A DNA stretch of 61,764 bases, counting the filler, from Actinomycetota bacterium (lineage in GTDB: Bacteria > Actinomycetota > CADDZG01 > JAHWKV01 > JAOPZY01), in the NCBI GenBank assembly GCA_025963875.1. It is 7 parts of 7 records of this genome, joined end to end, with 100 filler letters (N's around TTAATTAATTAA, not from the genome) between each part and the next. Parts side by side here need not be neighbours in the genome. Positions count along the whole stretch, not along the records: positions 1 to 14,678 come from JAOPZY010000042.1; 6 more parts are not named here. One strand, given 5' to 3'. The first letter of the stretch is position 1; every line of letters starts with the position of its first letter. Below are positions 1 to 8,557 of the stretch, piece after piece. The translations under genes and the position numbers were made by a program. The notes beneath the pieces were generated by a model. That model saw only the letters and a program-made list of their open reading frames with translations, ran no database searches and was not told the DNA's origin.

Positions 1-698
1 CCCTTCCCCAGCTCGGCCTTCATGCGCTCGAGCTCCGCGTCCACACCGACGGTCAGCAGCCCACGGTCGAGCTCCGCCTGGATGTGGTCGCCGGGGGCGG
101 AGAGGTCGTCGAGGGCCCCGGAGGCCATGAGCTCGTCGAGTGCGCCGGCCCGGGCCTGCATCTGCGCCGTCTTGTCCTCGGCCCGCTGGATGGCCATGCC
201 CACGTCGCCCATCTCCTCGGAAATGCCGGAGACCGCCTCGTTGACCTTCGTGGTCGCCTGAGCCGCGGTGTACGTGGCCTTGATGGTCTCCTTCCGGGTC
301 CGGAAGCTCTCGACCTTCGCCTGCAGGCGCTGGGACGCCTGCGTGAGCTGGGACTCCTGGGCGTCGAGCTGGTCGTGCTGGGTCTTCAAGTCCTGGAGCT
401 GCTGGACGATGCCAGCCCGTCGGGACAGTGCCTCCCGGGCGAGGTCCTCGCGGTTCTGAGCGACCGCCTGGCGCGCCTGCTCCTCCAGCTTGGCACCGGA
501 CTGCGTCAGCTGGTTGGCCTGCAGCTCGAGGCGCTTGCGCGACGTGGCGACGTCGGCGACGCCGCGGCGAACCTGGGTAAGCTGCTCGAGCATCCGCTGA
601 TACGAGTAATCCAGCGTCTCGCGGGGGTCCTCGGCCTTGTCGAGGGCCTTGCTCGCCTTGGCTTTCAGGATGGTCGAGAGGCGTTTGGTCAAGCTCAT
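1..698 (-). CDS. pspA: PspA/IM30 family protein (3' end beyond the window)
   Basis: Not in the ORF track. My translation from ATG at 698 is MSLTKRLSTILKAKASKALDKAEDPRETLDYSYQRMLEQLTQVRRGVADVATSRKRLELQ..., matching the actinobacterial PspA coiled-coil pattern. RBS-like CAGGAG lies upstream. Confidence 0.9.
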   Translation of the reverse strand, partial: MSLTKRLSTILKAKASKALDKAEDPRETLDYSYQRMLEQLTQVRRGVADVATSRKRLELQANQLTQSGAKLEEQARQAVAQNREDLAREALSRRAGIVQQLQDLKTQHDQLDAQESQLTQASQRLQAKVESFRTRKETIKATYTAAQATTKVNEAVSGISEEMGDVGMAIQRAEDKTAQMQARAGALDELMASGALDDLSAPGDHIQAELDRGLLTVGVDAELERMKAELGK

Positions 699-939
699 TC
701 CGAACTCCTGTCTAGTCTCTCCACATTCTATGGCGGTTCCTGGACGCCGCAGCCCTCAGTCTGACCGTTTTGGGACCCAAGCGCCGCTTTCTCGGCGGAC
801 CGCCAGCTTGCCCACAGCCTCGCTTCACCTTTGAGCCGCTTGGCGTCGCTGTCGGAGTGGCGCGAGGTGGGGGAAATCGCATAATGGTCGCTCGGAGGCA
901 CGGTGATCGCACCTGCCCAACCCAGGGGAGTCGGGGGGA

Positions 940-2472
940 GTGGGCCGAACCGAGAAGACGACCCGGGGCCGGGCGGTGCTCAGCGTCCTCGTTCTGGCGC
1001 TCATCGCGGCGGCATGCGCCAAGTCGGTGCCCGGTGCGGCCGGCAGCCTTGCGGACATCGGCCGCCGGCCTCATACGACGATCGGCGCCCTCATCTTCAG
1101 CCCGCCGCGCGACGCCACCGAGGTCAGCCCGAAGGACTCCGTGATGGTCGCGGCGAAGTTTTCGGATGCCCACCTCACCCGGGTGACGCTGACCCGCGAC
1201 GGCGGGGAGGCGATCGCCGGCTCGCTCACCGCCGATGGGTTCATCGCCACGGGATCGCTCCAGCCGGACGCCCGGTACACGGTCACGGCGACCGTGTCGC
1301 TGCCACCGGACTCGTCCTCCTCTTCGTCTTCTGCTTCCCCTTCGTCAGGGAGCCTCAACGAGCAGACGCAGACGGTCAGCTTCGCCACGGCGAGGACGCC
1401 GAAGATCGTGTCGGTCACCCCCACCGTCGTGGGCCCGGGAGACCCGGCGATCGTCACGCTCGACCGCGCGGCCAAGGAGGTCAAGGTCGACGGCCCGGCC
1501 ACCGCCCAGCTCGGCCCAGGCGGGACGACGATCAGCCTCTATCCCCAGGGCTACCGGCCGGGGGCGAGCTTCCCCGTCTCGATCTCGGTGACGAGCATGG
1601 CAGGGATCGCCGGAGGGCCGCAGTCGACCCGTTTCGTTGCCAAGGGGGGGCCGAAACTCACCACGTCCTTCAACGACGGCGACCACAACCTCGGCGTCGG
1701 CAGTCCCCTGATCATCGGGACGGGCCAGCCGCCCACGGACCCCGCTGACTTCGTCACCCACTTCTCGGTGACCGCCGACGTGTCGGCGACCGTTCCGCCC
1801 AGCTCCGTCCCGGCGGCCCCGGTGACGTCTGCGACGCAACCGAATCCGTGTTTCCAGTACGCAGCACCCACCGTGACGAGCTTCGACGTGACCACCGCCT
1901 GGCTCAGCCCGACACGCCTCCAGATCAAGCCCAGGACGCCGGACGGGTACTGGCCCCCCAATGCGACCATCAACGTGACGGGCAACGTCGACGGCCTCCT
2001 CACCCAGGACGGCGGCGCCTACGATGCGCCGTTGCACAGGGTGTTCTCCACGGGCGACAAGCGCGTGATCGACGTCGACCTCTCCAGCCAGACCGTGACG
2101 GCGTGCCGCAACGGGACGCTCGCCAACCAGTTCCCGGTCTCGACGGGGGTCCACGGCAAGGAAACCCACACCGGCACGTACTACATCTACCAGCGGATCG
2201 CCGACGCGGAGATGAAGAGCTCGGAGAGCGAGTTCGCCCCCGACTACTACGACGTGAAGCACGTCCCCTGGACGCAGTACTTCCACAACGGCGAGGCCCT
2301 CCATGGGGCCTACTGGCACAACAACTTCGGCCACCCGATGAGCCACGGGTGCGTCAACATCTCGACGCCCACCCGCAACGCGTCCTGGCCGCAGTCCGCT
2401 CCCAACGCCGAGTACCTGTGGAACTTCGACAACCTCGGGGACCCCGTCGTCGTCCACGGCACGACGCCCTGA
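940..2472 (+). CDS. L,D-transpeptidase family lipoprotein
   Basis: Lipobox-like IAAAC, Ig-like region, C-terminal YkuD domain with ALHGAYWH...SHGCVNI. Confidence 0.9.
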   Translation: MGRTEKTTRGRAVLSVLVLALIAAACAKSVPGAAGSLADIGRRPHTTIGALIFSPPRDATEVSPKDSVMVAAKFSDAHLTRVTLTRDGGEAIAGSLTADGFIATGSLQPDARYTVTATVSLPPDSSSSSSSASPSSGSLNEQTQTVSFATARTPKIVSVTPTVVGPGDPAIVTLDRAAKEVKVDGPATAQLGPGGTTISLYPQGYRPGASFPVSISVTSMAGIAGGPQSTRFVAKGGPKLTTSFNDGDHNLGVGSPLIIGTGQPPTDPADFVTHFSVTADVSATVPPSSVPAAPVTSATQPNPCFQYAAPTVTSFDVTTAWLSPTRLQIKPRTPDGYWPPNATINVTGNVDGLLTQDGGAYDAPLHRVFSTGDKRVIDVDLSSQTVTACRNGTLANQFPVSTGVHGKETHTGTYYIYQRIADAEMKSSESEFAPDYYDVKHVPWTQYFHNGEALHGAYWHNNFGHPMSHGCVNISTPTRNASWPQSAPNAEYLWNFDNLGDPVVVHGTTP

Positions 2473-2478
2473 CCGTTC

Positions 2479-4179
2479 CTAAACACTGAGCAGTAGTGAG
2501 CACTGCTGCCCGGCGGGCGGCCACGAACGGTCCTCGGCCACCTGGTCACCCAGGAGATTCCCGTCAGCCGGTTGGGTCTTGCGCCGCTGATGCGGCCGCC
2601 CTCTGGCCCTCGGGGCACTGGGGTCCCTTGGCTGGTCTTCGGGCAGGCCGGCAACGCTGTCCGGTAAGGGCCGCACGGCGGAGTCGGTAGCTCGCTCGTG
2701 ATCATCCTCCGGTGATCCTGAGGCACACCCTCTCCGTCGCCGTGCTCGCTGCCCGAGTCCCCTTCTCCCGATGACCAGCGCCGCGCAGTGATGCCCGCTG
2801 GCCTCGGGGGAAGCTTCTCGAAGTCTGCCAAACCAATGCTCCTCTCCCCAACGGGAGGTGTAGGCGGGGTCGACGGCAATCACGGAGAGCCCCCGGTTGG
2901 CCGCCATCTGCACCAGGCGGTCGCGGAAACGGGCTGTCGGGATGCCAGCCACCAGTGCCCGGAAGCGGCGTCCCCGCTTGCCCCGGGAGAGCCGCCTCCC
3001 CGTGTGCTCCCGGCCCTCGCATCGCGCCTCGGCGAAGTCGAGGTCCTCGATGGCGATCGCGCCACACCCTGCCTCTGCTGCTAGGGCCAGCAACTGAGAG
3101 ACGGCTCCCCTCAGGTGAGCGTCCCGGGTGGGGCTGGGTTGGCCCGCCAGATCGAGCGAAACCGTCAAGGGGGTGCCCACCGGATTGCCGGAAGAGTCCA
3201 CCACGACGGCTGCCAGGTGAGAGGCGTTCACGTCCACCGCCAGGACGCCTCGGGTTCGCAGATGCTCAAGGGTGACAGGCGGGGCCTGGGGCAGCTTCCA
3301 GCTCGCATCCAGATACCAGCGGCGGCGGGCTGGGTCGTAGGAGATGTCGTAGGCAACGGCCCCCGAGGTGGCTTGGGCTGCGACCTCGTCACCCCGGTAA
3401 GTAAACGACACCCGACACGACAGGCGGTAGCGGCCATGCGGGCGGTTGGCCAGGTGGGCGAGGGATGGCGGGAGCTTCACCTCCAGGGATCCTTCGTCGG
3501 GGTGCCAGCGGATCGTCTCGTTGCCCCACGCCTTGCCTGCCTCCCCGTCTGCGCAGATGAACAACCGGGCAGCCCTCCATCGCTCGTCCCATCCCGCCTT
3601 GGTGAGACCGGCCTCCTCAAGATGGTGGCGTGCCTGCGCCAGGCGCCGCCCTCCCCTGCACACCGAGACCCTCCCCTCGACCAGGCGGGCATCCACCGCC
3701 GCCAGGCGTCGCTCAAGGATCTGGAGCCGGCGCTGCTTGGCGAAGTACTCGCGGCGGCTTGCGTAGCCCGGGACCCTTCCCCGGCGCCCCGCAACCGGCA
3801 CACGCAGGCGTCGTTGGATCGCGTAGATCCGGGCCCTGAGGCTGGCCGCGGTGGCGCCCAGGTTGCGCAGGGCGGTCTGCCAGGCATCCTCTGAGGTGCG
3901 AGTGATGGTGCCGGCCCACCTCGATGAGGAGTCCTTGGTGGCTGATCGCTTGCGGCGGGCACGTGAGGCTGATCGAGCCCCGGGGTCGAGACGACCCTCC
4001 CGGCACCGCTGCGCCAGGTCCCTTCCCGCCAGGGAGCCGAGGTGTGTCCCGAGGGCCACGAGCACCGCCTCGTCGCCGGGGCAGACCCGAAGGCGGGTCC
4101 TGACGCGGGCGCCGCAGGGGTGAGCCACCACGAACGGCTCAGCGATCGGGCGCAGCTTGGTGGTGGACTTGTTGGCCAA
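2479..4179 (-). CDS. tnpB: TnpB-related RNA-guided nuclease-like protein
   Basis: RuvC-I VLAVDVNA, RuvC-II IAIEDLDF, VDPAYTSRWG, and RuvC-III region SGHHCAALVIGRRGLG. Likely TTG start at 4179; the track's longer ORF overlaps the upstream gene. Confidence 0.8.
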   Translation of the reverse strand: MANKSTTKLRPIAEPFVVAHPCGARVRTRLRVCPGDEAVLVALGTHLGSLAGRDLAQRCREGRLDPGARSASRARRKRSATKDSSSRWAGTITRTSEDAWQTALRNLGATAASLRARIYAIQRRLRVPVAGRRGRVPGYASRREYFAKQRRLQILERRLAAVDARLVEGRVSVCRGGRRLAQARHHLEEAGLTKAGWDERWRAARLFICADGEAGKAWGNETIRWHPDEGSLEVKLPPSLAHLANRPHGRYRLSCRVSFTYRGDEVAAQATSGAVAYDISYDPARRRWYLDASWKLPQAPPVTLEHLRTRGVLAVDVNASHLAAVVVDSSGNPVGTPLTVSLDLAGQPSPTRDAHLRGAVSQLLALAAEAGCGAIAIEDLDFAEARCEGREHTGRRLSRGKRGRRFRALVAGIPTARFRDRLVQMAANRGLSVIAVDPAYTSRWGEEHWFGRLREASPEASGHHCAALVIGRRGLGQRARRRRGCASGSPEDDHERATDSAVRPLPDSVAGLPEDQPRDPSAPRARGRPHQRRKTQPADGNLLGDQVAEDRSWPPAGQQCSLLLSV

Positions 4180-4251
4180 CGGCGAATCCCCTGGGCTGCG
4201 GGCCGGGATGCTTCGGCCTTGCCCCCCGGGGGGAAGGAGTGGCCACAAGGA

Positions 4252-4280
4252 AGGGTAGCAGAACATGTGTTCGCAGTCCA
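4252..4280 (-). promoter_or_regulatory. Sigma-A-type promoter of tnpB with a LexA (SOS) box in the spacer
   Basis: Minus strand reads TGGACT-17 nt-TACCCT. The spacer contains CGAACACATGTTC, i.e. GAAC-N4-GTTC at 4261-4272, the Gram-positive/actinobacterial LexA box. Confidence 0.7.
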
Positions 4281-4349
4281 CTGCGCGCTTGTACTCACTC
4301 CTGTTCACTATTGCTTGAGCTGTTGGGAACCCCCGGGTGTGACCGGCGA

Positions 4350-4679
4350 CTACTTCTTGCCGGTCGGGGCCGGGCCCGGGCGGCGCAGGTAGGATCCGGC
4401 GGCGCCCCGGAGGTAGAGGATGCCGACGCCGGCGAAGCAGATCACCGCGATGAGCTTCCACCCCGTGTGCAGGGCGAACAAGGCGAAGATCGCCGCCGCG
4501 ATCCACATCAGGCCGCACACCGCAAGGAAGCCCGGCCGGGAAGGGCGCTTGCCGACGACCGGCCGCCCTTCGGGTTGCCTGGCGCCCGGACGGCCCGTGC
4601 CGGTAACCGCCGGCCGCTTGGGCCTGCCGCCGGGGCCGCGCTGGGAGTCTTTGCCGCCGCGTCCCCGGGAGCCGCTCAC
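4350..4679 (-). CDS. Small membrane protein
   Basis: Two hydrophobic helices (FLAVCGLMWIAAAIFALFAL; LIAVICFAGVGILYL). Confidence 0.6.
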   Translation of the reverse strand: MSGSRGRGGKDSQRGPGGRPKRPAVTGTGRPGARQPEGRPVVGKRPSRPGFLAVCGLMWIAAAIFALFALHTGWKLIAVICFAGVGILYLRGAAGSYLRRPGPAPTGKK

Positions 4680-4745
4680 CCAGCAATCTTAGCCCTTTGA
4701 CTCCCAGCGCCCCCGGGGCGCGCGGGATAGTCTCGCAACCCTGCC

Positions 4746-5429
4746 ATGCGCATCCCTCCCGGCCGGCTGAAGCTGGCGATCGTCGTCGCGTGCGTCCTCC
4801 TCGTCACGGGGGCCGCGCTCCTGCTGGCGCGCCACCGGCACACGCCGCACGGCTCGGGGAAGGCAGCTGCGTCGTCGCCGGCCCCCACGACGTCGACGTC
4901 CTCGGCGGCACCTGCCACGCCCACCCCCGCGCCTCCACACTCGGCGGCTACGCCCGGGCCAGCCACGCCGTCACCCGCTCGCAACGCCAGCCCGTCACCG
5001 AAGACGACGGCGCGCGGCATCACCCTCGTGGACGGTCCGTACGGCTTCCAGGTGCCCCAGGGGTGGGCCTTTACGCCGCTCACCACCGTCGCGAACACCA
5101 ACAACTCCCAGGCGGCGCATTGGACCGATCCCGCCAGCGGGGCGCGCCTCGACTACCTGGTCGTCTCGACGCAAGCCATCTACAGCGTGGACCACACCGT
5201 CAATCTCGCGTCCATCGAGGCCGCTCTGCCCTGCCAGCAGCTTCCGCCGACGAGCTACGTCTACCTGTCGGGGAAGGGTCCTCGCTACACCTGCCCCCCG
5301 ATGGGAGGGCTGAACGTGAACGGGCTGGTGCTCGTCAAGCCCTATCCCCAGGGATTCCGTCTTCTCCAGGCCGAGATGCCGCCTGCGCAGGATCCGCTTG
5401 TGGCCCAGATCCTCGCCGGATTCCACTGA
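4746..5429 (+). CDS. Exported/membrane-anchored hypothetical protein with Pro/Thr/Ala linker
   Basis: N-terminal TM/signal, low-complexity linker, globular C-terminal domain; typical codon usage. Confidence 0.65.
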   Translation: MRIPPGRLKLAIVVACVLLVTGAALLLARHRHTPHGSGKAAASSPAPTTSTSSAAPATPTPAPPHSAATPGPATPSPARNASPSPKTTARGITLVDGPYGFQVPQGWAFTPLTTVANTNNSQAAHWTDPASGARLDYLVVSTQAIYSVDHTVNLASIEAALPCQQLPPTSYVYLSGKGPRYTCPPMGGLNVNGLVLVKPYPQGFRLLQAEMPPAQDPLVAQILAGFH

Positions 5430-5466
5430 GCCGGAGGCTCGCCACCCCCCCTGTTAGCATCCTTCT

Positions 5467-6672
5467 ATGCGCCTGAAGGCTGGCGACCGCCTGGACCGGT
5501 TCGAGATCGTCGAACCTCTCGGCGAGGGCGCGTACGCCGAGACGTACAAGGCTCGCGACACCCGGTCGGGCGAACTGGTGCTCATCAAGAGCCCCAACCC
5601 GCTGCTGTTTGCCGATCCCGCAATCCACCAGCGGTTCATGCGGGAGGCCGAGATCGCCCGGCATCTCAACCACCCGGGCGTGCAGCGCAGCGTCGACCTC
5701 GGCGAGAACCGCAGCGAGCCGTACCTCGCCCTCGAATACATCGAGGGGGACACTTTGCGGCGCTGGCTGCGCAAGCACAAGCTTCCCCTCGCCATCCCGC
5801 AGGCGGTGCAGTGGGGCACGGAGCTCGCCGAGGCGCTCTCGTACCTCCACCAGCACAAGATCGTCCACCGGGACCTGAAGCCCGAGAATGTCATCGTCAC
5901 CCGCGACGGGCACGTCAAGATCATCGACTTCGGCACGGCGCTGCTCACCGGCGCCCGGCGGTTGACCTGGCGGCACCTGACCGAGGCCCTCGGCACACCC
6001 GACTACATGAGCCCCGAGCAGATCCAGGGAGATCGGGGTGATCCCCGCAGCGACATCTACTCCTGGGGGATCATGATGTACGAGTTCCTGACCGGCCGGG
6101 TCCCCTTCGAGGGCGACAACTGGCTGGCGGTGATGGCGGGGCACCTCCAGCGCCACCCGAAGCCGATCCGTGAGCTTCGCGCGGACGTTCCTCCCGAGCT
6201 CGAGGCCACCGTGCTGACGGCGATGCGCCGGTACCCCGAGAACCGCTACCAGAGCGCCGAGGAACTGCTCGCCGACCTTCGGCCCCTCAACCTGCACGAG
6301 GCGCCAGCCGCCGCGCCCGCCCCGGCTGCTGCCCCTGCGCCCGACCCCACGCCGGCTCCGGTGCAGGCGGGAGGCCATACCGATGCGATCCGGCCGGCGG
6401 TTCCGGCTTACGGAAGCAGCAGGCGCATGAGCGGCCCACCGCGACCGCCCTCGCCCGTACCGCAGGTCCCGGCGGCGCCGTATCGCCCTGGTGCACCGGC
6501 TGGAGCCGGTCCATCCCGTGCCTCCGCTCGGGACTTCTCCCCGGAGAAGCCCATCGGACGGCTCCCGGCCCCCGCCTCCCAGAAGGGGTTGTGGATCTTC
6601 GTTTTGCTCATCGCCGGCGGGTTCATCGGCGTTGTGGCGCTCATCATCGTCGTGTCCAAACTCGTCCACTAA
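5467..6672 (+). CDS. Hanks-type Ser/Thr protein kinase with C-terminal TM helix
   Basis: LGEGAYA loop, HRDLKPEN, DFG, GTPDYMSPEQ, DIYSWG. Confidence 0.95.
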   Translation: MRLKAGDRLDRFEIVEPLGEGAYAETYKARDTRSGELVLIKSPNPLLFADPAIHQRFMREAEIARHLNHPGVQRSVDLGENRSEPYLALEYIEGDTLRRWLRKHKLPLAIPQAVQWGTELAEALSYLHQHKIVHRDLKPENVIVTRDGHVKIIDFGTALLTGARRLTWRHLTEALGTPDYMSPEQIQGDRGDPRSDIYSWGIMMYEFLTGRVPFEGDNWLAVMAGHLQRHPKPIRELRADVPPELEATVLTAMRRYPENRYQSAEELLADLRPLNLHEAPAAAPAPAAAPAPDPTPAPVQAGGHTDAIRPAVPAYGSSRRMSGPPRPPSPVPQVPAAPYRPGAPAGAGPSRASARDFSPEKPIGRLPAPASQKGLWIFVLLIAGGFIGVVALIIVVSKLVH

Positions 6673-7583
6673 CCCGCCCTCGAAGGGACCTCGATCCTCG
6701 TCAGGTCCTGGGCGGCGACCGATTCCGGGAAGATCGGCTGGGCCTCCTCGAGGAACAGGCTCTCGTCGCTGTGGCGCTGGGAGAAGTGGGTCAGGACCAG
6801 CCGCCGGGCGCCGGCGCCCGCTGCGATGCGAGCCGCATCGGCCGCAGTCAGGTGTCCCCAGGCTGCCGCAAGCTCGGCCTCGGCGGTCAGGAAGGTCGAC
6901 TCCGAGACCAGCAGGTCCACCCCCTCGGCGAGCCGGTTGGCCCCCTCGCACACCGCCGTATCCATGATGAAGGCGAAGGACTGGCCGGGACGCAGCCGGC
7001 TGACCTCCTCCAGCCGGACCGTCCGGCCCCCGGCCTCGACCGCGCCCCCGGCCTGCAGCCGGCCCACCTCCGGCCCGCTGACACCCAGCGCCTGAAGCCG
7101 TTCGGGCAGCATCCGGACCCCCGGCTCTTCCTCAAGGCGCCAGCCGAACGCGTCCACACGGTGACGCAGGCGGTCGGCCAGGATCCGCAGGCCCGGGGCC
7201 GCACCCACCTCGCCGGGCTCCTCGACGGGGTGCGGCCGGAGCTCGACCTGCTCGTCGAAGATGGACGCACTCCGCAGGCGCTCGAAATAGGCAGTGCCGC
7301 TGGCCGGGAAGTACACATCCACCGGGTGGGCCACCCGGTCGAGCGAGAGGCGCTGCAGGATCCCGGGCAGGCCCAGGCAGTGGTCGCCGTGAAAATGGGT
7401 GAGCAGGATCCGGGTGATGGCGGAAGACGCGACGCCGGCGAGGAGCATCTGGCGCTGGGTCCCCTCGCCCGGATCGAACAGCAGTCCCTCGTTGTCCCAG
7501 CGGAGGAAATAGCCGTTCTGGTTGCGCCGCCGCGTGGGGGCCTGGCTCGCCGTCCCCAGCACCACGAGTTCCCGAGCCGCCAC
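6669..7583 (-). CDS. rnz: Ribonuclease Z
   Basis: VLGTASQAPT, DPGEGTQRQ, THFHGDHCLG, ESTF, GHLT, LTHFSQRH. Confidence 0.93.
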   Translation of the reverse strand: MAARELVVLGTASQAPTRRRNQNGYFLRWDNEGLLFDPGEGTQRQMLLAGVASSAITRILLTHFHGDHCLGLPGILQRLSLDRVAHPVDVYFPASGTAYFERLRSASIFDEQVELRPHPVEEPGEVGAAPGLRILADRLRHRVDAFGWRLEEEPGVRMLPERLQALGVSGPEVGRLQAGGAVEAGGRTVRLEEVSRLRPGQSFAFIMDTAVCEGANRLAEGVDLLVSESTFLTAEAELAAAWGHLTAADAARIAAGAGARRLVLTHFSQRHSDESLFLEEAQPIFPESVAAQDLTRIEVPSRAG

Positions 7584-7608
7584 GCCGTCCTCCCCCGTTA
7601 AGCGATCT

Positions 7609-7653
7609 TCTTTGAGTGATTAACCATCATTATCATTGTTATTCACTCAAAGA
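7609..7653. repeat. 45-bp palindromic repeat, AT-rich copy
   Basis: TCTTTGAGTG-N25-CACTCAAAGA between divergent rnz and tatC. Same length and related termini as the copies at 37369 and 60305. Confidence 0.7.
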
Positions 7654-7710
7654 AGCTCGACGGCCACCCACCCGGCCTCTCAAAACCGGCTTTGCGCCAT
7701 GATGGTGCGC

Positions 7711-8505
7711 ATGGCAACGGAATCGCCACTGGCCGAAGCGGCGTGGGCGCGCGGCCTCGCCGGTGCTCTCCTCAATCACCGCTCGCTGCTCGAGCGCCTC
7801 GGAGAGCTGCGCAACCGCATCTTCAAGGCGCTCCTCGCCCTGGCCGTGGGCTCGGTGGCCGCCTGGTTCTTGTACCCGGCGATCCTTGCCGTCCTGGCCC
7901 ACCCGCTGAAGGGGCTCCCGGGGGCCGGTGCCGTGGTCGGCAACGGCAAGCTCATCTTCACGGCGCCCCAGGAGGCGTTCTTCGTGCGCATCAAGGTCGT
8001 GGGCTACGCGGGGGCCTTCGTCGCCTCCCCCGTCATCCTCTGGCAGATGTGGCGCTTCCTCACCGAGGGAGCCAGTACGGGATCGGGCAGGCGCAGGACC
8101 CGTTACGCCGTGGTGCTCGTCGCCGTCTCGGTGTTGCTCTTTGCGGCCGGGACCGTCGCGGCCTTCGCGTTCGTCGCTCCCGCCCTCCGCATCTTCCTGT
8201 ACCTGGGCGGCCCCCACATCGTGCTGGTGCCGCGGGCGGCCGAGTACCTCTCCTTCCTGATCCTCCTCGTCGTGGCGTTCGGGCTGACCTTCGAATACCC
8301 CCTCCTGCTGCTCGGGCTCGTCTTCGCCGGCGTCCTGACCAGCGAAACCCTGCGCAAGCGGCGGCGGCTGGCCTGGTTCCTCCTCATCGTCATCTCGGCA
8401 GTCGTGACGCCGACGGTGGACCCCATCACGCCCCTGGCCCTCGCCCTCCCCCTGGCCCTCCTCTACGAGGCGACGATCTTCACCGCGCGGCTCTTCAAGC
8501 GCTGA
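7711..8505 (+). CDS. tatC: Twin-arginine translocase subunit TatC
   Basis: LLERLGELRNRI, APQEAFFVRIK, ASPVILWQMWRF, FEYP, VTPTVDPIT, LLYE. Start at 7711 or 7699/7702. Confidence 0.92.
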   Translation: MATESPLAEAAWARGLAGALLNHRSLLERLGELRNRIFKALLALAVGSVAAWFLYPAILAVLAHPLKGLPGAGAVVGNGKLIFTAPQEAFFVRIKVVGYAGAFVASPVILWQMWRFLTEGASTGSGRRRTRYAVVLVAVSVLLFAAGTVAAFAFVAPALRIFLYLGGPHIVLVPRAAEYLSFLILLVVAFGLTFEYPLLLLGLVFAGVLTSETLRKRRRLAWFLLIVISAVVTPTVDPITPLALALPLALLYEATIFTARLFKR

Positions 8506-8557
8506 GCCGGCGTCGCGCAAGAACGAAAACGGCTCCTCAATGCCATAGAGTCCCCGT

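Larger units (their letters stand above)
2472..4323 (-). mobile_element. Non-autonomous TnpB-only insertion element (IS200/IS605/IS607-related)
   Basis: A single TnpB-like gene with no TnpA. Imperfect inverted repeats lie at 2472-2503 and 4291-4323 (core 17/22 identical). It sits between the stop codons of two convergent host genes. Boundaries are approximate. Confidence 0.65.

Noticed and set aside
2479..4179. Cas12 (type V CRISPR) call for the RuvC protein
   Set aside because: No CRISPR array or cas1/cas2 nearby. Size and context fit a TnpB-like element.
4180..4686. 735-aa version of the TnpB ORF
   Set aside because: The N-terminal extension overlaps another gene, the element end and the promoter. 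It is a chance open frame.
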